Of a DNA stretch of 64,000 nucleotides, positions 35,701 through 44,328 are shown one piece after another. Where the stretch lies: positions 224,001 through 288,000 of the forward strand of contig JBFWNU010000003.1 in NCBI GenBank assembly GCA_050250895.1, given 5' to 3'. Source of the stretch: Vulcanimicrobiota bacterium (GTDB lineage Bacteria; Vulcanimicrobiota; Xenobia; Xenobiales; JADMJV01). The notes under the pieces were generated by a model, which did not search any database, was not told the origin of the DNA, and saw only the letters and a list, made by a program, of their open reading frames with translations. Positions within the stretch are counted from its first letter, which is position 1; each line of letters opens with the position of its first letter. The position numbers were made by a program, and so were the translations under genes.

Positions 35701-36482
35701 CGCTCTATGACAGCAAACAGCCCTACATGATGGGAGTCTATCCTCTCTACACTCCCATCGGCGACGGCCTGCAAGTGCATACCGCGGGAGCCGGCGATTT
35801 CATCTATACCGGCTCGTTCACCCGCAACTACGACGGGCTCAAGAAAGTCGTCGAGACCTACGAGAAGACCGAGAAACCTCGCCGCTTGCGCCCGATGAAC
35901 GCTTACTACCACTTCTATCTGGCCGAACGCGAGCCGGCCATCGAGAGCATCACCTTTGTCTATGACTACGTGTTGGCTCACGACCCGGCCCCGATGTTCG
36001 CCTCGGACCAGGTGGACATCGTCAACGATTTCTATCACCTGCGCATGGGGCGCACCGCCGACGGGGGCTACTGGATCGGGAATCTGTCGAATCTGCGCGA
36101 GCTGCGTTTCGAGAACCGAGGCCAGGTCCCCGACCTGGCTCGCTCTCAGGGCGTGCTCGGCTATCTGGTCGAAGGCGACACCCTCTGGGTTCACCTCGAC
36201 GAGACCGAGCAGCATCGCCTCTACCTGCGCGCCCCGGGAGCCCAGGGTCCCTACCTGCGTTCGGCCACCCATTACGTCTCGAAGTGGAAGAGCCAGGGGG
36301 AGAACGTGTCGCTGGTGATGACCGGAGTCGGTCAAGCGAAGCTCCAGCTGGCTGGCTTGACTCCGGGTAAGAGTTACAAACTCAACGGGTCATCCGTCAC
36401 GGCCGACGCCCAGGGCACGGTGGTCTGGACCGGCCGCCTGCGCGGTTATCGGGCTGACCACTCTTTCAAGCTGACGCCTTAG
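32781..36482 (+). CDS. PelA-like exported polysaccharide deacetylase with triplicated N-terminal domain
   Basis: Signal peptide; RPDMSTLNGHRIFYSHIDGD, THTHTHPFDW, LWSGRC, NLNGG, RRLRPMNAYYHFY match the PelA deacetylase region. Confidence 0.8.
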   Translation: MNARRTSWGAALLVLSLVLLASTRPSLAQSRLLALYKSSEGVNAENCEIRTYLAPILERLGWQIDYHDVISGLPPESTMKNYGAVVAWYRGPVMPNALNYVTWLRDQVTAGRRVVLFGNFGAHNDGANWLSPEQLNVFFQPFGLDYQAQYSNDPSQIKVASKDPKMVEAELPIPSPPPLFVLFKSPASTNHNYLVLERKDLPDSQSAMVVTTPRGGMAQELYLLEATNSGIQWHLDREDFLMSALGHKMVDRPTAVAPAPAPVAAPAPPSPKLPGGAPRILGLFRSSEGASLENNEMRLFAERPLAELGYALDYYDIDQGLPTADRMAGYKGVMTWYRSPTIRGAKAYIEWLLNQILAGRKVIIMGNMGVFQEMVQSDKGEIGRFLLGQEYNRFLYPFGLEFRADWTNDKKTVQVVHRDQQMVPFLPPETVGHFHLFRSVDPRNQAYLTLRRTDQQESESAVIVRTPYGGMALESYIFYQEPSTYKVTMHLDMKQFLNDCLSFQAGAPPQKIQLTVTPSQRPGARHLDPPAYPADVKPIQRRVLAFYQRDKKEVPRFNSAHTRCQTVLDYLGVAVDYRPVEDPLPTEAEMEKYRGVLCWFTEDNMVGAHRFNTWLAAQMKAGRKVILLGTYAAASETSDRSLTDPRPVFSELGIAYSTVGSTPTLPGSDAFNKVELRGQKIVSLDESMMNWEEKVDLSAPDLAKAFWPSIRSVDPKNKVYLTVADSRGEADVVVISPKGAIAMGNFPGTQPRGDTLTDRVSGFRGDHGQDRKIAEDEETIPAAWRLDPFKFFTEALELEELPRPDMSTLNGHRIFYSHIDGDAFRGISLTDRVSFNGEVMYREVLSKYPLPVTVSYVTSDIEKYLGDYYCRELSSAREIMELDNVEPATHTHTHPFDWQHGDMEVVSKNPVRLELRPIDLEREIHHSIDFLNQALLPPDKHCRILLWSGRCNPTPEALKLVREMGIPNLNGGDPLYDSKQPYMMGVYPLYTPIGDGLQVHTAGAGDFIYTGSFTRNYDGLKKVVETYEKTEKPRRLRPMNAYYHFYLAEREPAIESITFVYDYVLAHDPAPMFASDQVDIVNDFYHLRMGRTADGGYWIGNLSNLRELRFENRGQVPDLARSQGVLGYLVEGDTLWVHLDETEQHRLYLRAPGAQGPYLRSATHYVSKWKSQGENVSLVMTGVGQAKLQLAGLTPGKSYKLNGSSVTADAQGTVVWTGRLRGYRADHSFKLTP

Positions 36483-36596
36483 GCCTCACCCTCACGCGGC
36501 TGGGGCTGATCCGCAGGAAACCCAGCAGGAACTGAGAAGGCTCCTTTGGATGGGGTGGGAATGTATGTTCGATTTTCCGCCGCGGAAGGATTTATC

Positions 36597-38492
36597 ATGA
36601 AAACTCTCTCGAGAGTCTTTTTGTTCGCGTCGGTCTGGCTGGTGGCGTTCACCCTGCTGGGTGCGCCGGTGCTGGCTCAGACCGAGACGGCAGACAATCA
36701 GGCCAAAGCCCAACAGGAGTTGGATAAAGCTCGCGAGCTGCTCAAGCAGGGATATACCGACTCTGCCATCGTCAGCTATCAGAGCGCCATTAAACTAGAC
36801 CCCGAGCTGGTGCCCGCCTACAAAGAACTGGGTGAGCTGATGCTCGAACAAAAGAACCACGCGTACGCGATCAAGATGTATCGTGAACTCGAGCGCCTGC
36901 AACCCAACGAGGTGCAGTGGAAGAGCGTGCTGCTGTCGCTCTATGAAACTTACGAGATGCCGCGCGACGCCATCGACACCGGCCAGGCCTGGCTCGAACT
37001 CGAGCCCAACAACGCCGATGTCATGCGACGCCTCATCAAGGTCTACGACAACATGAACTTTCGGGCCGACCAGACCGACATGATGGAGCGTTTGGCCACG
37101 GTCAGCGAGGTGGACGCCCAGTTCTATGTCGAGCTCGGCAAGCTCTATCTCGAGCAGCAGCAGAGCCGCAAGGCCATCGGCGCTTATCAGAAGGCCGTCG
37201 ACAAAGACCCCAGCATCGGCAACCAGGTGCTGCTCAGCCAGGCCTACATGGCCGATGGCAACTACGAGAAGGCCGAGTCCATCCTTCAGGAACTGGCCGA
37301 CAAAAACCCTAACGACCCGGGTGTCAAAGAGCACCTGGCCCGCATTTATCTCGAGGACGGAGACCGTTACTTCGCGACCCGTCGCTACGCCACCGCCAAG
37401 CGGCTTTATCAGAAGGCTCAGGACCTGACCGGCAACAGCGGCGAGGGCGCCGATTCGACCACGGTCAGCGACACCTCGGGCGATGGCGTCGAGTTGACTC
37501 CTGACCGCAGCCGGCGGCTGCGCGGCACCGGCGTGGTGGACTCGGGCGACCCGTTCAACGGCAACTGGTCGCCCAGTCTGCCCGACGCCGGTGACGACCT
37601 GGGCAGCGCCCTGCGCGACCGGGTGGCCCGCGCCAATCGCGGTATGCGTCCCTACGTGGGAGTGCAGGCCGATTTCGGCCACGCCGGATTTGTCGACTAT
37701 ACCCGCACCGAATCGCGGGCCGGCTCGATCATCCCCGACACCGAGTTGACGGTGGAAGCCATCCATCGTTACGCCGATGTCAGCGACCCGTCGGGAACGG
37801 CCTGGGTCGGTCTGGGATTCGGGCGCCTCAATTACAACTTCGACCGTCACTGGAGCGCCCACGCCGAGGCCGGCTCGGAGGGACTCTATCGCGTGGGTAT
37901 GCTGACCGAGGCCGAGCACTTCGCGGCTGGAGCCGATGTCTTTCAGGACCGCTACTACCTGAGCGCCCTGGCCATCGCCAGCGACCTGAAATACACCGGC
38001 ACGAACCTGTTTGCAGACTGGTCCGTTACCCCCTGGCTGAGCCTGGCCGGCAACGTCACCTGGGCCAATTATAACGACGGCACCGACCAGGTGCTTTACA
38101 ACATCGGGCCTTTCTTCACTCTTTACGAAGAGCCCGGCGACAAGAAGTTCGGCGTCTACTACAACCATTCGGCCGACATCAACGACCAGGTGGTCAACCC
38201 GCTACTGCGGTTTGCCCCGCCGAATCTGCAGTTCGACACGGTGGGCTGGGAGTTCCGCCACGCTGTAAACGACTGGTTCCGCTATCGTTTGGGCTACAAC
38301 CATACCTGGCTCAACAACGGCGGCAGCGGCGATAGCTTCCTGATCGGCGGCGACGTTCGCCTCGGCCAGGACGCCTTCGTCGGCCTCGACTACGAGCGCG
38401 GTTTCGTGCCCGGCGGTCTGGTTCCGGTGGGTCAGCAGTTGCTGCGCAACGACAACGACAACCTGCAGTTGAACGTCCGCGTCAACTTCTAA
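36597..38492 (+). CDS. TPR plus outer-membrane beta-barrel protein (PelB/PgaA-like)
   Basis: Signal peptide, TPRs, beta-rich C-terminus ending ...LNVRVNF (terminal Phe). Confidence 0.7.
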   Translation: MKTLSRVFLFASVWLVAFTLLGAPVLAQTETADNQAKAQQELDKARELLKQGYTDSAIVSYQSAIKLDPELVPAYKELGELMLEQKNHAYAIKMYRELERLQPNEVQWKSVLLSLYETYEMPRDAIDTGQAWLELEPNNADVMRRLIKVYDNMNFRADQTDMMERLATVSEVDAQFYVELGKLYLEQQQSRKAIGAYQKAVDKDPSIGNQVLLSQAYMADGNYEKAESILQELADKNPNDPGVKEHLARIYLEDGDRYFATRRYATAKRLYQKAQDLTGNSGEGADSTTVSDTSGDGVELTPDRSRRLRGTGVVDSGDPFNGNWSPSLPDAGDDLGSALRDRVARANRGMRPYVGVQADFGHAGFVDYTRTESRAGSIIPDTELTVEAIHRYADVSDPSGTAWVGLGFGRLNYNFDRHWSAHAEAGSEGLYRVGMLTEAEHFAAGADVFQDRYYLSALAIASDLKYTGTNLFADWSVTPWLSLAGNVTWANYNDGTDQVLYNIGPFFTLYEEPGDKKFGVYYNHSADINDQVVNPLLRFAPPNLQFDTVGWEFRHAVNDWFRYRLGYNHTWLNNGGSGDSFLIGGDVRLGQDAFVGLDYERGFVPGGLVPVGQQLLRNDNDNLQLNVRVNF

Positions 38493-38506
38493 TCGGTCGT
38501 CGGCTT

Positions 38507-38534
38507 AAGACCCCCGCTTCGGCGGGGGTTTTTT
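38507..38534 (+). terminator. Rho-independent terminator
   Basis: ACCCCCGC-TTCG-GCGGGGGT followed by TTTTT. Confidence 0.9.
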
Positions 38535-38605
38535 CATTTGGCCTGGGTTGGTGTGGCGGGTTTCGACTGGCGGCGACGGCGCGGCGCGTGGTCGTAGCAC
38601 AGGTC

Positions 38606-40380
38606 GGTGTGGCTCGCCAGTGGGGCGCCCGAAAAATAAACCGCGGAGATCAGGAGGGCACGGAGAGGGTTGTGGGGGCGTGGGGTGAGCGTCCTGGCGA
38701 AATTATGGGTTGGGGTTTTGCCCCATCGAACGGGGTGCTCAAAACGGCGGTGGCTCGGTGGCTGCGGATCCCGGCGCACGACCCTCGACCGGCCGGGGCA
38801 ACCCGCGGCTCGGGCAGGGCGGGTGAAGCCCGGCCGGGCTTCCTTGCGGAAGTGGCCGGGCGGGGGTGCCGAATCGCCGCCAGGGCTAGCCACGACTTCC
38901 ACGTGGAAGTGTGCCCGGGGCTGGCGGATGCGGCCGCAGCCGGACTTCCGTCCGGAAGTGGCCTGGCTTGATTCGCTCGCGGCGGGGGCGGCTGGTGTGG
39001 CTCGCCAGTGGGGCGTCCGAAAAATAAACCGCGGAGATCAGGAGGGCCCGGAGAGGGTTGTGGGGGGCGTGGGGTGAGCGTCCTGGCGAAATTGTGGGTT
39101 GGGGTTTTGCCCCATCGAACGGGGTGCTCAAAACGGCGGTGGCTCGGTGGCTGCGGATCCCGGCGCACGACCCTCGACCGGCCGGGGCAACCCGCGGCTC
39201 GGGCAGGGCGGGTGAAGCCCGGCCGGGCTTCTTTGCGGAAGTGGCCGGGCGGGGGTGCCGAATCGCCGCCAGGGCTAGCCACGACTTCCACGTGGAAGTG
39301 TGCCCGGGGCTGGCGGATGCAGCCCGGCCGGACTTCCGTCCGGAAGTGGCTGGGCGGGTTGGCCCGCTTGGCCGCCCGGGTCGGCCGCGACTTCCAGGTG
39401 GAAGTGATGCCTTCGGGCAGGGCGGATGCAGCCCGGCCGGACAGTGGCCTGGCCGATTCGCTCGCGGCGGGGGCGGCTGGTGTGTCTCGCCAGTTGGGTG
39501 CCTGAGAAATCAACCGCGGAGATCAGGAGGGCCCGGAGAGGGGTTGTGGGGGGCGTGGGGTGAGCGTCCTGGCGAAATTATGGGTTAGGGTTTTGCCGCA
39601 TCGAACGGGGTGCTCAAAACGGCGGTGGCTCGGTGGCTGCGGATCCCGGCGCACGACCCTCGACCGGCCGGGGCAACCCGCGGCTCGGGCAGGGCGGGTG
39701 AAGCCCGGCCGGGCTTCCTTGCGGAAGTGGCCGGGCGGGGGTGCCGAATCGCCGCCAGGGCTAGCCACGACTTCCACGTGGAAGTGTGCCCGGGGCTGGC
39801 GGATGCAGCCGCAGCCGGACTTCCTTGCGGAAGTGGCCTGGCGAATCGCTCGCGGCGGGGACGGCCTGGGGCGGCGAGTTGGCTGGCCGCCGCGGGTTTT
39901 GGCTGGCCAGGCGGGCTGCGGTGTGGCCTGGGCCGAACGCTTGCTCGCTAGCAGCCGGCGGTTGTGCGCCGCACAATCAGCTCTGGGCAGTGTGCGGCGC
40001 AAGTGTGCGCCGTACAACGCGATTTGGCTGGTGTGCGGCGCACGATCCTCGACCGGCGCCGGGAAACCCGCGGCTCGGGCAGGGCGGGTGCAGCCCGGCC
40101 GGACTTCCGTCCGGAAGTGGCCGGGCGCTTCGCTCGCGGCGGGGCGGCTGGGCGCGGCGGCTTTGGCCGGCTTGGCCGCCAGGGTCGGCCGCGATTTCCA
40201 CGTGGAAGTGTGCCCTGGGGTTGGCGGGTGCAGCCCGGCCGGACTTCCGTTCGGAAGTGGCCTGGCGACTCGCTCGCGGCGGGGGCGGCTGGGCGCGGCG
40301 AGTAGGCTCGCCGCCGCGGTTTGGCTGGCTTGGCGCCCGGGTCAGCCGCGACTTCCACGTGGAAGTAATGCCTTCGGGCC
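38606..40380. repeat. intergenic composite repeat array with ACTTCC-N4-GGAAGT dyads
   Basis: Three near-identical long blocks starting near 38607, 38995 and 39480, then degenerate sub-blocks; 14 dyads with cores ACGT, GTCC, TTGC, AGGT, GTTC. Confidence 0.92.
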
Positions 40381-40416
40381 TGGCAGCCGCAGCCAGACTC
40401 CCCATGCGCAAGCGGC

Positions 40417-40827
40417 CTATTCGTCGAGCCAGCCTTCACCAGCGAGCAGGGTTCGGCAGGCCTCACAGAATTCGTGAGCGCGCGAAAAGATGTCCTTGAT
40501 GTCGTTCTCGGCGTAGATCGTCGAGGCATCATCGTCGGCTGCTTCTCGTTCGCCCTGGAGCTGGGTCAAAGCCCGGGGCGCTGAGCTGGGTAGTCTGCCA
40601 GGTCGGACGAAATGCAGGTTGAGAAGGGTGGCGATTCCAGTATGGGTTCGAGCCTCGAGACCTTCGGTCAAAAGAACGGCCCGAGCCGAATGAACCATGG
40701 CGTAGTAGGCCCGCGAGACCGCGTCGGCGTTGAGGCCTGCCTGGCGCAGATTGGCAGCCGCCAGCCAGCTTTCTTGCCCGCGCTTGAGTTCGAGTTTCAG
40801 GTTGCGGCGTCGATTGTCTTCGGTCAT
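40417..40827 (-). CDS. HEPN domain protein (MNT-HEPN module)
   Basis: AVSRAYYAM, ARTHTG, ...REAADD. Confidence 0.85.
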   Translation of the reverse strand: MTEDNRRRNLKLELKRGQESWLAAANLRQAGLNADAVSRAYYAMVHSARAVLLTEGLEARTHTGIATLLNLHFVRPGRLPSSAPRALTQLQGEREAADDDASTIYAENDIKDIFSRAHEFCEACRTLLAGEGWLDE

Positions 40828-41132
40828 ACCTGAATGCCTTCTTCCAGAATGTCTCGGGCCAGCCGGCGCTCGTGGTCGAGTAGGCCCTGGAAATGAGACT
40901 CGCTCATGACGTGGGGGCTTGGGGCATATGGCAGCGAAAGCTCGTCAGCCACATCCCAGGCCAGCCCCATCAGCTCCATTCTCAGGGCTCGGTCCTCCTC
41001 TCGTTGCATTACGAACAGGTCAAGGTCCGAGTCGAGCTGGGCGTCACCCCGCGCCCGCGAGCCGAAGATGCGAACTTGCTGAACAGCCTCACCGTATAAC
41101 TCTCTAGCCCGCTCACGGTAGCGTGCGTGCAT
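40824..41132 (-). CDS. minimal nucleotidyltransferase (MNT) antitoxin
   Basis: IFGSRARGD..DSDLDL; C-terminal EEGI; 4-bp overlap with HEPN; start uncertain, possibly frameshifted. Confidence 0.85.
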   Translation of the reverse strand: MHARYRERARELYGEAVQQVRIFGSRARGDAQLDSDLDLFVMQREEDRALRMELMGLAWDVADELSLPYAPSPHVMSESHFQGLLDHERRLARDILEEGIQV

Positions 41133-41319
41133 AGTCCAGGTCAAGCTGGGTGGGCATGGAGAAAGCTTCAGGACCAACAACAGCTCTCCCTGTCGGGCAA
41201 ATTATGGGGAAACCGTAACAATGTGTTCATCTGGTGTCAATATTTAGGGGCCGGGGTCGAAACTTGTCGCGCCAACCGGGATCTAGAATGGTCGAAACAG
41301 ACACCCTCAGGAGGCCCCA

Positions 41320-42015
41320 GTGAACGTAGTCAGTCCGACGACCTTTCCGACCGCACCAGCATTTAATCCCCTCGCGCTCGCGTTCGGGAGCCGGCTGGCG
41401 GCGCCGGTGGCCCCTTCGTTCTTTGCTCCGGGAGAGTTTCTAGGCTCGCTGTCGACCCTCAGTCAGGGTTGGGCCGGTTTTGCGGGCTTTCCGCCGGCCC
41501 TGGCTCTGGCCAATCCAGCCTTCGGCCCCTTCGAGACCATCGCTGTTCCCTCGGTGGGCGACGACTTCCTCAAGTCGCTCACCAGCGGCAAGGTCAGTCT
41601 GCCCAGCGGTGGCGACGGCGCGTTCGCCGGTTTCCCGCCGGCCCTGGGTCTTCCCAATCCGGCCTTTGGTCCGTTTCCCGGCATCGATGTGCCCGCCGTG
41701 GGCGACGATTTCCTCAAAGAGCTGCTGAGCGGTAAAGCCAAGTTGCCCACGGGCTCGGCTGGCGGCGCGCTGCCGGGCTTCCCTCCAGCCCTCGGCCTGG
41801 CCCACCCGGCTTTCGGTCCCTTTGCCAACATCGGCGTCCCGGCGGTGGGGGACGACTTCCTCAAGACCGCCCTGGGTGGCAAAGGCAAGAGCAACGTGCT
41901 GATGGGTGGCTTTCCGGCTCTCGACATGGGCCCCTTCGCCAACCTGGGCATCAACTTCGACATCAGCGCCTCGACCCCTGACCAGGCCGCCAGGCGAGGC
42001 CGCAAAGGCCGCTAG
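41320..42015 (+). CDS. Pro/Gly/Phe-rich repeat protein of unknown function
   Basis: AGGAGG RBS; three repeats GFPPAL.L.(N/H)PAFGPF..I.VP.VGDDFLK. Confidence 0.75.
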   Translation: MNVVSPTTFPTAPAFNPLALAFGSRLAAPVAPSFFAPGEFLGSLSTLSQGWAGFAGFPPALALANPAFGPFETIAVPSVGDDFLKSLTSGKVSLPSGGDGAFAGFPPALGLPNPAFGPFPGIDVPAVGDDFLKELLSGKAKLPTGSAGGALPGFPPALGLAHPAFGPFANIGVPAVGDDFLKTALGGKGKSNVLMGGFPALDMGPFANLGINFDISASTPDQAARRGRKGR

Positions 42016-43103
42016 TCGGTTTCGGCCGGCATCCGTCCGCCCTCGCCTCGCTCGGGCGGGACATCGGCACATTCCTCGGCTCGGCAGTCGTTGAGAAAAT
42101 CGATCATCTGGCGGAGCCGTCCATAGTTGCCGTTGGTAAATCGGAATCGAAGCGAAGGCAGGTTTTCGAGGGTCGGGTCGTAAGCCTCGCCCGAGGGAGC
42201 CGAGCAAGCTTCGATCGGGCCCTCGGCCAGATCGGCAAAGTCGGTGTTGAGCACCTCGAGTTCCTGGGGGTCGACCGAGCGGGTCAGGCGCACGAATAGC
42301 TCTTGCCCGCGGAAGCGAAGCGAATGGTAGCGACGATAGAAACGGCAGATTTCGTCGCAGGCCTCTTCGATACTATGGGTCACTTTGTAGAGGCTCAGAT
42401 CCTCGTCAGAGATCATTCCCTGGGCGAGCAGCGTCTCGCAATTGTAGTGGTGCCAGTCTTGCCAGATGGTGTTGCCTTCGGGAGCCAGGCAGACCACCGG
42501 CAAAAGCTGGGCTTTGCCGGTTTGAATCAGGGTCAGCGTTTCGAACCCCTCGTCGTGGGTTCCGAAGCCGCCGGGGCAGAGCACGACCCCGTGGCAGTCT
42601 TTGAGAAAGGCCAGCTTGCGCGTGAAGAAATACTTGAACGAGATGTCTTTGAGGTCGCCGCGGATGTGGGGGTTCGAGGCTCCTTCGCGGGGCAACAAGA
42701 TTCCCATGCCGAAGCTGTGCTCGCGCCCGGCCCCTTCGTTGCCGGCCGCCATGACGCCCGGCCCGGCCCCGGTGATGACCATGTAGCCGCGCTCGACGAT
42801 GGCCTCGGCGAAGTCTTTAGCCTGCTCATAGACAGGGCTTGAGGGGGCCGAGCGGGCCGAGCCGAAGATGCTGACTTTGCGGCGCTGATAGAACATCTCG
42901 AGCACATCAAAGGAATGCTCCATCTCTTCGAGAGCGGCCGCCGTGATTTTGAGGTCGGCCCGGCGATCGTCGCCCGACATGCGTAAGACCGAGGCGAGCA
43001 TGCGCTCGATCAAGTCGCGATGGGGAACGCTACCGTCCAGGCGGGTCATGAATTCGGAGGCGAGGCCGTCGAAGTGGGCCTTCTGTTGGTGGTTAGGACG
43101 CAT
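42012..43103 (-). CDS. LOG family protein (TIGR00730-like)
   Basis: SIFGSAR, ITGAGPGVM, FKYFFTRK, PGGFGTHDE. Confidence 0.92.
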   Translation of the reverse strand: MRPNHQQKAHFDGLASEFMTRLDGSVPHRDLIERMLASVLRMSGDDRRADLKITAAALEEMEHSFDVLEMFYQRRKVSIFGSARSAPSSPVYEQAKDFAEAIVERGYMVITGAGPGVMAAGNEGAGREHSFGMGILLPREGASNPHIRGDLKDISFKYFFTRKLAFLKDCHGVVLCPGGFGTHDEGFETLTLIQTGKAQLLPVVCLAPEGNTIWQDWHHYNCETLLAQGMISDEDLSLYKVTHSIEEACDEICRFYRRYHSLRFRGQELFVRLTRSVDPQELEVLNTDFADLAEGPIEACSAPSGEAYDPTLENLPSLRFRFTNGNYGRLRQMIDFLNDCRAEECADVPPERGEGGRMPAETD

Positions 43104-43119
43104 CTCCGCCGTTTCGACC

Positions 43120-44244
43120 TCAGGTCGCGGCCTTCTTCTTTTCGGCCAGGCACTCGTTGATGATGGCCCAGACGGCTCCGGCGTCGGTGGTGATGTCCTC
43201 GGGACGGCCGTTGAACCGCCCGCAGAACGAGGATTTGAGCACTTCCGGCAGCACCCGCTTCTGCTCGTTGGCAAAGAGCGGATGCTTGAGATAGAGGCAG
43301 GCTTCTTCGGTGGCTCGGACCGACAGACCAGTGCCTAGCTCGGCGCTGCGGCGGATGGCATCGGCCACCGAGACCAGCTTGGTGATGACGGCCTTAGAAA
43401 CCTCGGGATGGCGGGCCTGCAGCAGTTTGACTTCTTCGGGGGGAGGCAGATAATCCATCTGGAGGGGGGCGAATCGGTCCAACTGGGCGGCGTCAATGCC
43501 GAAGGTCCCCGAGAATTCGTTGCCCCGGTTGACGGCGGCGATGAACTGGACATTGTCGGGCACGGGCAAGAAGTTGTTGTCGACCGGATTGAAGATGCGA
43601 CGGGTGGTGTCGAGGGCCGGCATGAGGGCGTTACGAGCGCTCTCCTGGCAGCGGTTGAACTCGTCGAGAAAGATCAGGGTGCGGCGCGAGCGCTGCTGAT
43701 TGGCGGCTTCTAAGGCCAGCAAGACCTCGGTCTGGAGAAAGTCCATCACCGGTTGACCGGTGTCCGAGGCCCGCACCTGGACGGTGGCCAGAAAATCGCT
43801 GGCCTCGACCACGGCTCCGCAGTTGAAGAAGACGAACTGCATTCCGAGGGCTTCGGCGATAGTGCGGGCTAGCACCGTCTTGCCGCAGCCCTGCGGTCCG
43901 TCGAGCAAGATGTTGAGGCCGCTCTCGAGCAATACCTGCAACTTGCGTGACACGATAGGATCGAGATAGACCCCTTCGAGTCGCATCGGCTGGGACTGGA
44001 CGAACTCGACCAGAATGGCCCCCCGGTCCCTGCGATCGGGCTTTTGCACCTCGACAATCTTGACCAGGCAGGGCATTCCCGGCACGATGCGGGGGTCATC
44101 GCAGAGCACCACCTTGGGGGCTCGACGGCCGTCGAGATGGGTGGCCCGAAAACGAAAGCTCGACTCGTCGACAGGATTGACCCAGAAGGTTGCCTCATGC
44201 ACATTGCCGGGCGCGAGTTCGGAGACGGTCCACTTTTTTTCCAT
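43120..44244 (-). CDS. MoxR/AAA_5 family ATPase
   Basis: GPQGCGKT Walker A, IFLDEFNR Walker B, LDRF. Confidence 0.92.
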   Translation of the reverse strand: MEKKWTVSELAPGNVHEATFWVNPVDESSFRFRATHLDGRRAPKVVLCDDPRIVPGMPCLVKIVEVQKPDRRDRGAILVEFVQSQPMRLEGVYLDPIVSRKLQVLLESGLNILLDGPQGCGKTVLARTIAEALGMQFVFFNCGAVVEASDFLATVQVRASDTGQPVMDFLQTEVLLALEAANQQRSRRTLIFLDEFNRCQESARNALMPALDTTRRIFNPVDNNFLPVPDNVQFIAAVNRGNEFSGTFGIDAAQLDRFAPLQMDYLPPPEEVKLLQARHPEVSKAVITKLVSVADAIRRSAELGTGLSVRATEEACLYLKHPLFANEQKRVLPEVLKSSFCGRFNGRPEDITTDAGAVWAIINECLAEKKKAAT

Positions 44245-44286
44245 CGGGGCCGATTCGCAGCCGGCCCGAAGGTGTCCTACGAAATG

Positions 44287-44322
44287 AAAAACGGCCCGGC
44301 CAGGGAGACTGGCCGGGCCGTT
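44287..44322 (-). terminator. Rho-independent terminator after the FG-GAP gene
   Basis: AACGGCCCGGCCAG/CTGGCCGGGCCGTT stem with a T-tract on the minus strand. Confidence 0.8.
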
Positions 44323-44328
44323 CGAGGG

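Noticed and set aside
32997-36335. 1112-aa antisense ORF
   Set aside because: Antisense shadow of the PelA-like gene caused by high GC3 codon bias
36575-36588. TTCCGCCGCGGAAG as another copy of the array dyad
   Set aside because: 5-nt core, incomplete arms and an isolated position; likely chance
38534-40532. ORFs inside array 2
   Set aside because: Arg/Pro/Gly-rich shadow translations of GC-rich repeats on both strands
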